Virus record (IMG/VR): IMGVR_UViG_3300027127_000005
Span: 1 to 64,000 of that record
Strand: one strand, 5' to 3'
DNA length: 64,000 bases
Origin: an uncultured virus (IMG/VR IMGVR_UViG_3300027127_000005)
Lineage: Duplodnaviria; Heunggongvirae; Uroviricota; Caudoviricetes
Shown: positions 46,180 to 53,200 of the stretch, piece by piece
Layout: each line of letters starts with the position of its first letter
How positions within the stretch are numbered: the stretch's first letter is position 1
Notes under the pieces: generated by a model
Databases searched by the model: none
The model's input: the letters and a program-made list of their open reading frames with translations, nothing else
What the model was told of the DNA's origin: nothing
Made by a program: the position numbers and the translations under genes

Positions 46180-46377
46180 TCAGTTATAAGTACAGAGTTG
46201 AGTGATACGACCGTATTGAATGCCTTCAGACCATTTGCCTCCAGCAGCAATACAGGATTGTTTGGATGGAACAATAGAGTTGCCTGTGGCAATACTAAAC
46301 AAAGCAACACATCCAATACCAGCAATAGCAACAACAATCAGCAACTCAATAAGAGTAAATCCTTTAGAGTTCATCAC
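46180..46377 (-). CDS. type IV prepilin-like small protein
   Basis: Class III signal peptide KG^FTLIELLIVVAIAGI and a C-terminal Cys pair. Confidence 0.8.
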   Translation of the reverse strand: MMNSKGFTLIELLIVVAIAGIGCVALFSIATGNSIVPSKQSCIAAGGKWSEGIQYGRITQLCTYN

Positions 46378-46859
46378 AGTTTAAATGGAGAAACAATCAC
46401 ACGAGGTTCAACATAAACAGGGCGGGTTTTGCCACTGCCAGAAGGATCAGAACACATCACCCAAGTTCCTTCAGCACTGGAAGGAGAGAACAAACCATTA
46501 GGATCTGCCTGAGGAAGAGTTGTGCCAGTGTATTCATACTTCTCTGGATTAGTGTATTGAGTGGCAGCAGGAAGACCATACCCAATAGAATTACACAGAA
46601 ACACTGGACGACCAGTAGTTTCGGGAACAGTGTAAGTATAAGTCACCAGACCATCCTGGTCACGCATCTCAATAATCTGCTTCAGCAATTTACGTTCACG
46701 GAAGTTCTTGATGGCAGGCATACCCGTTTGTGATGTGCCTTCTTGTAGAATGCGTTCTTGTTGAGCACGTTGCTTATCATCAGAATCTTCATATTCTTCA
46801 CACCCAACAAGAGTTACACTCAGAAGTGCGATTGAAGCAAGAGCAATAAAAGGTTTCAT
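46374..46859 (-). CDS. putative lipoprotein
   Basis: Signal peptide with lipobox LVGC. Confidence 0.75.
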   Translation of the reverse strand: MKPFIALASIALLSVTLVGCEEYEDSDDKQRAQQERILQEGTSQTGMPAIKNFRERKLLKQIIEMRDQDGLVTYTYTVPETTGRPVFLCNSIGYGLPAATQYTNPEKYEYTGTTLPQADPNGLFSPSSAEGTWVMCSDPSGSGKTRPVYVEPRVIVSPFKL

Positions 46860-46927
46860 AGTTTTGTTGATTACTTTGTAATTATAGCAGGGATTGAGGG
46901 GAATGGGAGGGGTCTTGTGCCAGTTCG

Positions 46928-47410
46928 TCAGAGTGTCAGGGTCTTAAGAGTCTCATCTTGACTTGATTTCAGAAGAACCTTAAGAGCATCATATTGAACT
47001 TGAGTCAGTTCAAGAGTTTGAGTCTTATAGTTTGGATTTTGTGTAACTCCCCAACGAACATCACAATAATTATCAGTCGCAAGAACCTTAAGAGTTTCTA
47101 CTGGTGCGTTTGGATTTTGTGCAACCCCATAACGAACATTATAATTCTCATCAGTCGCAAGAACTTCTAAAAGTTCTACAGGTGTGTTTGGATTTTCTGC
47201 AACCCCCCAACGAACATCAACATTCTCATCAGTCGCAAGAACCTTTAGAGTTTCTACAGGTGTGTTTGTATTATTTGCTAGTTCATATTTTTCATCAAGA
47301 GAAAGTGTGAGAACATCAGGTTCATTTACTTCCTTAAGAACTTTAAGGACGATTTCTGCGATTTGTTCTGGAGTGTAGTTCATCAGGGATTTGGTTGTGT
47401 ATAAAGTCAT
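46928..47410 (-). CDS. leucine-rich-variant (LRV)/HEAT-like repeat protein
   Basis: Three to four 24-aa repeats LATDENxxVRWGVAxNPNTPVExLxV; real start may be MNYTPEQ. Confidence 0.8.
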   Translation of the reverse strand: MTLYTTKSLMNYTPEQIAEIVLKVLKEVNEPDVLTLSLDEKYELANNTNTPVETLKVLATDENVDVRWGVAENPNTPVELLEVLATDENYNVRYGVAQNPNAPVETLKVLATDNYCDVRWGVTQNPNYKTQTLELTQVQYDALKVLLKSSQDETLKTLTL

Positions 47411-47454
47411 TATAGGGCATTTGAGGGGGTTTTGGGGTTCTATTGTGCCAGTTG

Positions 47455-48006
47455 TCAGAGTGTCCTTACCCCCTTATGATTTTTATAAAATGGTGCCTTG
47501 AAGTAATGATTTGCCGAACTATGAAATAAAATTATTCCTTCAGGATTCATAAACCCTGGAGAGGCAACAGAACCATAATCCCAAAGTTTATCCATCGCAT
47601 CATCAAGTTCATTAGTGCTAAACTCTCCAGTATAAAGAGTAGGAACAACATAACAACACTCTGGTTTGTTTTCATAATTCCAGATACTCACATTAAACAA
47701 GGAGAACCTTTTCTCACCTTTGGGTAGATTATAACCTCGTTGAATACCACTACCCCACCATTCTCCGTGATGACGACCAGCACCAAGTTTCATCAGTTCA
47801 TCTTTATTTTCAGATGCCCAACGATGAAACCCAAAATTGTCAGACTCTGCACTCAACCAACGATTGCGACTTCCGATAAACATATCTCCATCGTCAGTGA
47901 TGTAGATAATACCATTAGTGCCGTCAATCTTTTCAGTGACAATACATTCCTTATGAAGACGGGGGATTTTAGCAAAAGGAACGAACTCGGGGTAGTTTTC
48001 GGTCAT
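47455..48006 (-). CDS. RNA ligase (Rnl2-like nucleotidyltransferase domain)
   Basis: Motif I TEKIDGTN, GSRNR, GEWWG.GIQ, FSLFN, PEGII. Confidence 0.8.
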   Translation of the reverse strand: MTENYPEFVPFAKIPRLHKECIVTEKIDGTNGIIYITDDGDMFIGSRNRWLSAESDNFGFHRWASENKDELMKLGAGRHHGEWWGSGIQRGYNLPKGEKRFSLFNVSIWNYENKPECCYVVPTLYTGEFSTNELDDAMDKLWDYGSVASPGFMNPEGIILFHSSANHYFKAPFYKNHKGVRTL

Positions 48007-48011
48007 TATAA

Positions 48012-48317
48012 TCAGTTAGGAAGATTAGAGATAAAAGATTGAAGGTCAGCAGGCATAGCATCAGCAGGAACCTCTACAGCACGGTGCCGAATAATATCTG
48101 CGAGTGCTTTCTTATGTGCTGGATCTGCCTTGATGTACTCAAACTGCATATTTTGCAGTTCTTGAACAGCACCAGTTCGGAAGGACTTTGATTGCTCAAA
48201 GGTATTCCTACGAACATTCTCAAACTTAGGACCGAAGAATGCAGTGAAGATAAGTTGGTGGTAGGCAACACCCCAAAGAAGAGCAACACCGCCTACAATA
48301 GCAAGAATAGGTTTCAT
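48012..48317 (-). CDS. membrane-anchored hypothetical protein
   Basis: N-terminal TM helix; ENVRRNTFEQSKSF motif. Confidence 0.7.
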   Translation of the reverse strand: MKPILAIVGGVALLWGVAYHQLIFTAFFGPKFENVRRNTFEQSKSFRTGAVQELQNMQFEYIKADPAHKKALADIIRHRAVEVPADAMPADLQSFISNLPN

Positions 48318-48589
48318 TTGATTAACAGATCAGGTGTATAGGTAGAGATAATCCTTTCAAGTAACACGTAATAAGAATATGGAGGAAAGATTGCGGCTCC
48401 GAGTTTTAAGTTCCAAACAGGAGACAATACAACTCCAGCAACCCAGGCAAATATAAAAATAACTGAGGACAAATTAGATGAAACTGAAGCTTTCATTGGA
48501 TTTCGTTGATTACCTGTGTATTATAGCAGGTCTGCAGGAGCATTGGAGGTATTGTGTGCCAATATGAGGACTGGCACAAGGCATAAAAA

Positions 48590-48830
48590 TAGGAGGCATT
48601 ACACCTCCTTGTAAGTTTTGGGTAAGAAGGAAACTTATAACCCCCTCACTCGTTTAGTTCAAACCAATGCGGTTTGACGAGAGAAAGCAACAATTTTGTT
48701 TGCGTTTGTTTTCTTGTCCCGTCAACAGATACAACATAAACCCCAGTCGATTCTAATTTACCCCCAAGAAGTGGAGATAATCGGTACTGCCCCGATGTCC
48801 TGGAATATAGAGGTCACATCCTCTTGAACT
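48590..48830 (-). ncRNA. ssrA: Circularly permuted (two-piece) tmRNA
   Basis: Acceptor piece (T-arm atcgg-GGCAGTA-ccgat, then TATCTCC-A ending at 48772) lies before the coding piece starting GGGGGTA at 48765; G3:U70 pair; tag ANKIVAFSRQTALV* at 48703-48659; TTGACT-N17-TACTAT promoter; 3' end approximate. Confidence 0.9.
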
Positions 48831-48906
48831 TATTATATAGTACCATAAAGAGTTTTATGAGTCAAGTTTCAATATAATGTTCTATGAAATGACAGTTAGC
48901 ACTAAG

Positions 48907-48978
48907 TGGAGGATAAGGAAATCGAATCCTTATTTCTGAATTGCAAATCCAGAGTAATAACCGTTATACGAATCCCCC
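48907..48978 (-). tRNA. tRNA-Ala(TGC)
   Basis: Cloverleaf; loop TTTGCAA; G3:U70. Confidence 0.9.
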
Positions 48979-48982
48979 ATTT

Positions 48983-49057
48983 TGGTGGCGGGGGGTGGAA
49001 TCGAACCACCAACCTGAAGCTTATGAGACTTCTGTGCAACCACTACACTTCCCCACG
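48983..49057 (-). tRNA. tRNA-Met(CAT), possibly initiator-like
   Basis: Loop CTCATAA; C1:C72 mismatch; CCA encoded. Confidence 0.85.
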
Positions 49058-49080
49058 ATATTTGGATAATTTATATCCAA

Positions 49081-49153
49081 CTCCAGATGTAGGTACTGCC
49101 CCTACCAATCTCCGATTAACAGTCGGGCCCGTTCGCTTGCTCGGTCATCTGGA
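49081..49153 (-). tRNA. tRNA-Asn(GTT) with atypical GGCAGTA T-loop
   Basis: Loop CTGTTAA; acceptor TCCAGAT/ATCTGGA. Confidence 0.8.
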
Positions 49154-49508
49154 ATAAGAATGTCAAGTATTCATTAAATACTCAACTGTATTTACTACGT
49201 CATTCATAGCATCTCGTAAATTTTCTCTTTGGCCTGATTCTTGTTTAACAATTGGACGAGAATCTTCACATAAAGTCCATCTCCATTGATTCATTTCTTT
49301 ACAGTGCCAAAGATTAATTTTCATGTTTATTGTATTCGATTTTAATCCAATTCAGAAGTGCATTAAGTTCCATTCTTTTTTCTTCAGTAAGATCAAATTT
49401 CTTATTGAATAGATAAAAGTCTAGTGCCTCAATTACAACTTCTCTATCTCTTTGTGAAATTAAGGACATAATGAATTTGTAGTATTTGGAGATATTTAGT
49501 TCTCCAAG

Positions 49509-49582
49509 TCGGGATGACAGGATTTGAACCTGCAACATCTTGAACCCAAATCAAGCACTCTACCAAGTTGAGCTACATCCCG
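49509..49582 (-). tRNA. tRNA-Pro(TGG)
   Basis: Cloverleaf; loop TTTGGGT. Confidence 0.9.
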
Positions 49583-49657
49583 TGGTGGGTGATGAGGGAT
49601 TCGAACCCCCGACTGTCTCGGTGTAAACGAGAAACTCTACCACTGAGTTAATCACCC
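49583..49657 (-). tRNA. tRNA-Val(TAC)
   Basis: Cloverleaf; loop TTTACAC; CCA encoded. Confidence 0.9.
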
Positions 49658-49732
49658 TGGAGCGAAATAGGAGATTCGAACTCCTGACGTTCTGCTTGGA
49701 AGGCAGACATTCTACCGCTGAATTAATTTCGC
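49658..49732 (-). tRNA. tRNA-Gly(TCC)
   Basis: Cloverleaf; loop CTTCCAA; CCA encoded. Confidence 0.9.
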
Positions 49733-49768
49733 ATTATTTGATTGTAAGACAGAATCAAAATTCTGTCA

Positions 49769-49840
49769 AGCCCCCGACTAGATTCGAACTAGCAACCTTC
49801 TCATTACAAGTGAGATGCACTACCATTGTGCTACAAGGGC
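49769..49840 (-). tRNA. tRNA-Thr(TGT)
   Basis: Cloverleaf; loop CTTGTAA. Confidence 0.9.
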
Positions 49841-49861
49841 ATTATGCTTCATAAGAAGCAA

Positions 49862-49948
49862 CGGAAGGTGGGAGAGTCGAACTCCCAAGGGCTTTAACAC
49901 CTCAACGCTTTTCAAGAGCGGTTCCGTCACCAATCGGATTGACCTTCC
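49862..49948 (-). tRNA. tRNA-Ser(TGA)
   Basis: Long variable arm; loop CTTGAAA. Confidence 0.9.
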
Positions 49949-49987
49949 TTATAATCTATCTTTAAAGGGTGCCAGCACCCTATAAAT

Positions 49988-50191
49988 TTATTTAGAACTT
50001 ACAAAAGTGTTGATTCTATCAGCAAGTTTTTCAACTTCTTCGTATGTAGGATAATCTGGATAATCCATCTTAACCGTATTCATAGAATTTTCATTCCAAC
50101 AACGGGCAGTATCATACTCAATGCTAAACTTATCGTTAGCAAATGCATATGCTTGCTTAAAAATCTCAAATCGTAGTTCGTAAGGTGACAT
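49988..50191 (-). CDS. conserved T4-like cyanophage hypothetical protein
   Basis: MSPYELRFEIFKQA...YPTYEEVEKLADRINTFVS; sigma70-type promoter at 50278-50306. Confidence 0.75.
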   Translation of the reverse strand: MSPYELRFEIFKQAYAFANDKFSIEYDTARCWNENSMNTVKMDYPDYPTYEEVEKLADRINTFVSSK

Positions 50192-50302
50192 TCTTTTACT
50201 CCTGTGTGTTTGTGCGTTTGATGGATTAAGTGTGATATATCTCATAAGGATATAACAGGGACTTAACCTCTATCAATAGTATATATGACATTCAATTGAA
50301 TG

Positions 50303-50749
50303 TCAAGCGTCCTTTGAGAGATTAACATTAGATGCTTTATCTCTATAGTTTTTTCTCCTATAAATGTTTCTTTGCGTATTTTTTGATTTTTTATTTTTTA
50401 CCCCAAAGGTGTCAGTTTGACTATGGCAATTTGGACATAGCATTCTTATATTGTCTTTTGTATTGTTATCTGGGTTGCCATCAATATGGTCAAATTGAAA
50501 AGTAATTGGTTTACTATTCCATTCTTGTATTCCACACATCAAACATTTATGATTTTGTTTTTCACTAATCCACTTTTTTGCGATTTCTGGTGGAACTCCT
50601 TTTTTATTATTGTAATTCCCATTTAACCATTCGGTTAAAAGTTTATTTGATTGATATTTTTGTTGGCATTTATTAGAACAATACTTACCAGTCTTTTGAG
50701 ATGGACTGAAAGAAAACTCAATACCACAAGTTAAGCAGTTGGACTTCAT
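50303..50749 (-). CDS. HNH endonuclease with N-terminal zinc finger
   Basis: CxxC...KYCSNKC; C..CG; DHIDGNPDNN...NIRMLCPNCHSQT; late promoter TATAAATA at 50771-50778. Confidence 0.9.
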   Translation of the reverse strand: MKSNCLTCGIEFSFSPSQKTGKYCSNKCQQKYQSNKLLTEWLNGNYNNKKGVPPEIAKKWISEKQNHKCLMCGIQEWNSKPITFQFDHIDGNPDNNTKDNIRMLCPNCHSQTDTFGVKNKKSKNTQRNIYRRKNYRDKASNVNLSKDA

Positions 50750-50806
50750 AATAGTTAGAGCAGTTGTAATTATTTATAATACTCTATTCCACTGAGTTAA
50801 GAGGAC
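50308..50806 (-). pseudogene. tRNA (probably Arg-like) disrupted by the HNH gene
   Basis: 5' half GTCCTCTTAACTCAGTGGAATAGAGT (50806-50781) and 3' remnant AATCTCTCAAAGGACG (50323-50308) flank the HNH gene; anticodon arm absent. Confidence 0.65.
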
Positions 50807-50810
50807 AAGG

Positions 50811-50882
50811 CGAAGGGTGAGGGATTTGAACCCCCATCGCAAGGTTTTGGAGACCTGCATCTTACCATTAGACCAACCCAAC
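50811..50882 (-). tRNA. tRNA-Trp(CCA)
   Basis: Loop CTCCAAA; acceptor stem has two U:U mismatches. Confidence 0.8.
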
Positions 50883-50883
50883 G

Positions 50884-50960
50884 TGGTATCCGTGAGAGGA
50901 TTTGAACCTCCAACACCTACCCCCTCAAGGTAGTGCCTCTTCCGATTGGGCTACACGGAC
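50884..50960 (-). tRNA. tRNA-Leu(GAG) with short variable loop
   Basis: Anticodon arm CTACC-TTGAGGG-GGTAG; CCA encoded. Confidence 0.8.
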
Positions 50961-50963
50961 GAG

Positions 50964-51035
50964 TTCCAGAACTAGGATTCGAACCTAGACGTACACCTTC
51001 AAAGGGTGCTGACCTGCCAGTTAGTCGATTCTGGA
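50964..51035 (-). tRNA. tRNA-Gln(TTG)
   Basis: Loop CTTTGAA. Confidence 0.9.
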
Positions 51036-51040
51036 GTAGG

Positions 51041-51116
51041 AGTCTAGGGTGGGATTCGAACCCACGGTGATAAGAGTTTTGCAGACTCTCGCATTCGACC
51101 ACTCTGCCACCTAGAC
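51041..51116 (-). tRNA. tRNA-Cys(GCA)
   Basis: Loop CTGCAAA. Confidence 0.9.
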
Positions 51117-51149
51117 ATTTGAACTATCTGGAATTTCCAGATAGTTGAG

Positions 51150-51221
51150 AGCCCCCAGTCGGATTTGAACCAACGACCTACTCATTACTAGTGAGTTGCT
51201 CTACCACTGAGCTATAAGGGC
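51150..51221 (-). tRNA. tRNA-Thr(AGT)
   Basis: Loop CTAGTAA; body resembles the Thr(TGT) at 49769. Confidence 0.85.
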
Positions 51222-51223
51222 GG

Positions 51224-51295
51224 GGTGCCATATGAGATTTGAACTCATCTACCCAGTTTCACAAACTGGTTCCTTAACCACTAGGATAATGACAC
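51224..51295 (-). tRNA. tRNA-His(GTG)
   Basis: Loop TTGTGAA; C73. Confidence 0.85.
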
Positions 51296-51296
51296 A

Positions 51297-51368
51297 AGGC
51301 AGTAGTGGGAATTGAACCCACGGTCGCATCGGTATGAATGATGTGCTTTACCACTCAGCTATACTGCC
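51297..51368 (-). tRNA. tRNA-Met/Ile2(CAT)
   Basis: Loop TTCATAC. Confidence 0.85.
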
Positions 51369-51370
51369 AG

Positions 51371-51458
51371 CAGAAAGGGAGGGATTCGAACCCTCGGAGG
51401 GATATTCTCCCTCGGAAGTTTAGCAAACTTCTACCTTAAGCCTCTCGGTCACCTTTCT
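51371..51458 (-). tRNA. tRNA-Ser(GCT)
   Basis: Long variable arm; loop TTGCTAA. Confidence 0.9.
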
Positions 51459-51509
51459 ATGTTGTCTTGAAGCAACCCATAAGGGTTTTATGTTGCCCGA
51501 AGGCAACAA

Positions 51510-51581
51510 TTGGAATAGTGAGATTTGAACTCACGACTTCTGCGTTATCAGCACAGCACTCTACCACTGAGTTATATTCCA
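51510..51581 (-). tRNA. tRNA-Ile(GAT)
   Basis: Loop CTGATAA. Confidence 0.9.
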
Positions 51582-51586
51582 TTATG

Positions 51587-51741
51587 TGCCCTTGGTGGGG
51601 AATGATCCCACTCTCAATAGACTTGAGGTTTCGTACAAGAAGTACCCTTACGAGGGGAATCTTATCAGTGTGGGTTCAGCACACCTATCTAAAACTACTT
51701 TGTCAAGTTGAACCCTATTTCACCGTCCCAACGGCAAGGGC
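51587..51741 (-). ncRNA. 155-nt tRNA-like RNA with an expanded anticodon-arm region
   Basis: 7-bp acceptor GCCCTTG/CAAGGGC + A; D-like hairpin CCGT-TGGG-ACGG; T-like arm GTGGG-ATCATTC-CCCAC; ~105-nt structured insert. Confidence 0.65.
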
Positions 51742-51744
51742 AAG

Positions 51745-51818
51745 CGGGAACAGTCGGATTTGAACCGACAACACCAAGATCTTCAATCCTGTGCTCTACC
51801 AATTGGAGCTATGTTCCC
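51745..51818 (-). tRNA. tRNA-Phe(GAA)
   Basis: Loop TTGAAGA. Confidence 0.9.
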
Positions 51819-51846
51819 AGTTGTTTTAAAATCCCAATAAAGGGAA

Positions 51847-51922
51847 CACCGTAGAGGGGAGTCGAACCCCCAAAAATTCACCTTGAAAGGGTGATGACTT
51901 TAACCAGTTTGTCTACTACGGC
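51847..51922 (-). tRNA. tRNA-Glu(TTC)
   Basis: Loop CTTTCAA. Confidence 0.9.
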
Positions 51923-51987
51923 ACACAGAGTAATCTAAAAGATTGTTAGATTACCTGGAATATGAAGTATCCCTAAAGATACTTCAA

Positions 51988-52061
51988 CGACGATGAGGAG
52001 ATTTGAACTCCCGACTTCTTCCGTGACAGGGAAGCACTCTAGACCGCTGAGTTACACCGTC
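51988..52061 (-). tRNA. tRNA-Asp(GTC)
   Basis: Loop CTGTCAC. Confidence 0.9.
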
Positions 52062-52065
52062 AAGG

Positions 52066-52147
52066 TGGGAGAGACAAGATTTGAACTTGTGAAGGCAGAG
52101 CCGACGATTTTACAGACCGTTCCCATTAACCACTCGGGCACTCTCCC
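52066..52147 (-). tRNA. tRNA-Tyr(GTA)
   Basis: Loop CTGTAAA; long variable arm. Confidence 0.9.
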
Positions 52148-52169
52148 ATTAGATAAGTTTAATGACTTT

Positions 52170-52763
52170 CTAGGTCAAATGAGAATAAAGATTATTCAAA
52201 TAATCTTTTTTGTCTTCATCCGAAAGTTTTTGATAATGTGCCCATCTAACTCTAATAGTTTCAATACCTAATGATTTTAGATATTCATCTCTATAAAAGT
52301 TAGACTTAACTATCCTTTCATCCACATAATGCTGTTCTCCATCTATTTCAAGAGCAATATCTCCGATACGGAAATCAATACTATAAATTGATACTGGTTG
52401 CTCCGAAATAAAAGAAACTCCTTTATCTAATAACCACTTTTCAAAATAACTTTCTGGGTAAGATTGTCCTTTCGAATAATGATTAAGTTTATAAGGAACT
52501 TTATCTGGATTTTCTTTCAGATAGTTTTTTCTAGCAATAGAGATTTTTTTCTTTGTTTCCTCAGTTAGTGGGTGGCTTGGCGCAAGTTTGCGTGCCTGAC
52601 TCTTATTTCTGGAAACAAAATCACCTCGTTGTTTTGCTTTGCATAGTGTAGCAGATGTGACTCCATATTTATTTTGGAGTTTCTCCCAAGTCATACCATC
52701 ATTATGGTCCTTTTGAATAAGAGACCAATCATAACGTTTATGATATTTTGATTTGTTTTCCAT
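52170..52763 (-). CDS. DUF559/Vsr-like endonuclease with NUMOD3 motif (putative homing endonuclease)
   Basis: TEETKKKIS; SYPE...YSIDF....ALEIDGEQH...RDEYLKSLG...IRV; late promoter upstream. Confidence 0.8.
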   Translation of the reverse strand: MENKSKYHKRYDWSLIQKDHNDGMTWEKLQNKYGVTSATLCKAKQRGDFVSRNKSQARKLAPSHPLTEETKKKISIARKNYLKENPDKVPYKLNHYSKGQSYPESYFEKWLLDKGVSFISEQPVSIYSIDFRIGDIALEIDGEQHYVDERIVKSNFYRDEYLKSLGIETIRVRWAHYQKLSDEDKKDYLNNLYSHLT

Positions 52764-52813
52764 TATTTTGGTTAAGTATCTAACTTATTTATACAAGTAT
52801 AATACTTAACCAA

Positions 52814-52885
52814 TGAGTTCGGTGGGACTCGAACCCACAACCTTCGCCTTAAAAGGGCGTTATTCTACCATTGAATTACGAACTC
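52814..52885 (-). tRNA. tRNA-Lys(TTT)
   Basis: Loop CTTTTAA. Confidence 0.9.
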
Positions 52886-52899
52886 AATAATATGGTAAA

Positions 52900-53007
52900 T
52901 ATTCAGTTTTCAAGTTTCTTTGAGGACTGCTTCCCCCACCGACTCAAGTAATATACCAGAGTTTGGACCCTGGTGGCAAATCATACGACCAGTTGAACAA
53001 CTGGCAC
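52900..53007 (-). promoter_or_regulatory. tRNA-operon promoter with boxB/boxA-like leader
   Basis: Dyad, then TATATT, then hairpin TTGAG...CTCAA, then GAAACTTGAAAACTGAATA. Confidence 0.6.
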
Positions 53008-53013
53008 AAGGCA

Positions 53014-53050
53014 TAAAAAAGAGGGAGAACCTTTTGGATTCTCCCTCTTC
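53014..53050 (-). terminator. intrinsic terminator
   Basis: AAGAGGGAGAA-tccaaaagg-TTCTCCCTCTT followed by a T-run. Confidence 0.8.
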
Positions 53051-53200
53051 ATTGCTTTTATGGTTTGTTCTTTTAACTTTGACTTACCATATTCGCAACC
53101 AAGAGGGTCTCTCCAATAAACCAGCGGTTCATCGGATAATCACTCTTAGGTTGTGTATGAAGGTTAGTCATTGTTTTAAGTCGTTGTTTTATTTATAAGG

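Larger units (their letters stand above)
1..48500 (-). other. Hyperplastic early-gene region of a T4-like (cyano)phage: dense array of small hypothetical ORFs
   Basis: Nearly contiguous 50-270 aa minus-strand ORFs, many with ATGA stop/start overlaps and multiple paralog families, punctuated by repeated promoter elements. Confidence 0.85.

Noticed and set aside
50917..51102. Minus-strand ORF across tRNA genes (also the N-terminal extensions of 49314 and 55210)
   Set aside because: Overlaps well-formed tRNA genes; starts were reassigned or the ORF discarded
51587..51741. Interpretation as tRNA-Sec or as an intron-containing tRNA
   Set aside because: The TTCAA segment is not in a 7-nt anticodon loop, the acceptor stem is 7 bp, and no group I core or splice junction restoring an anticodon arm was found
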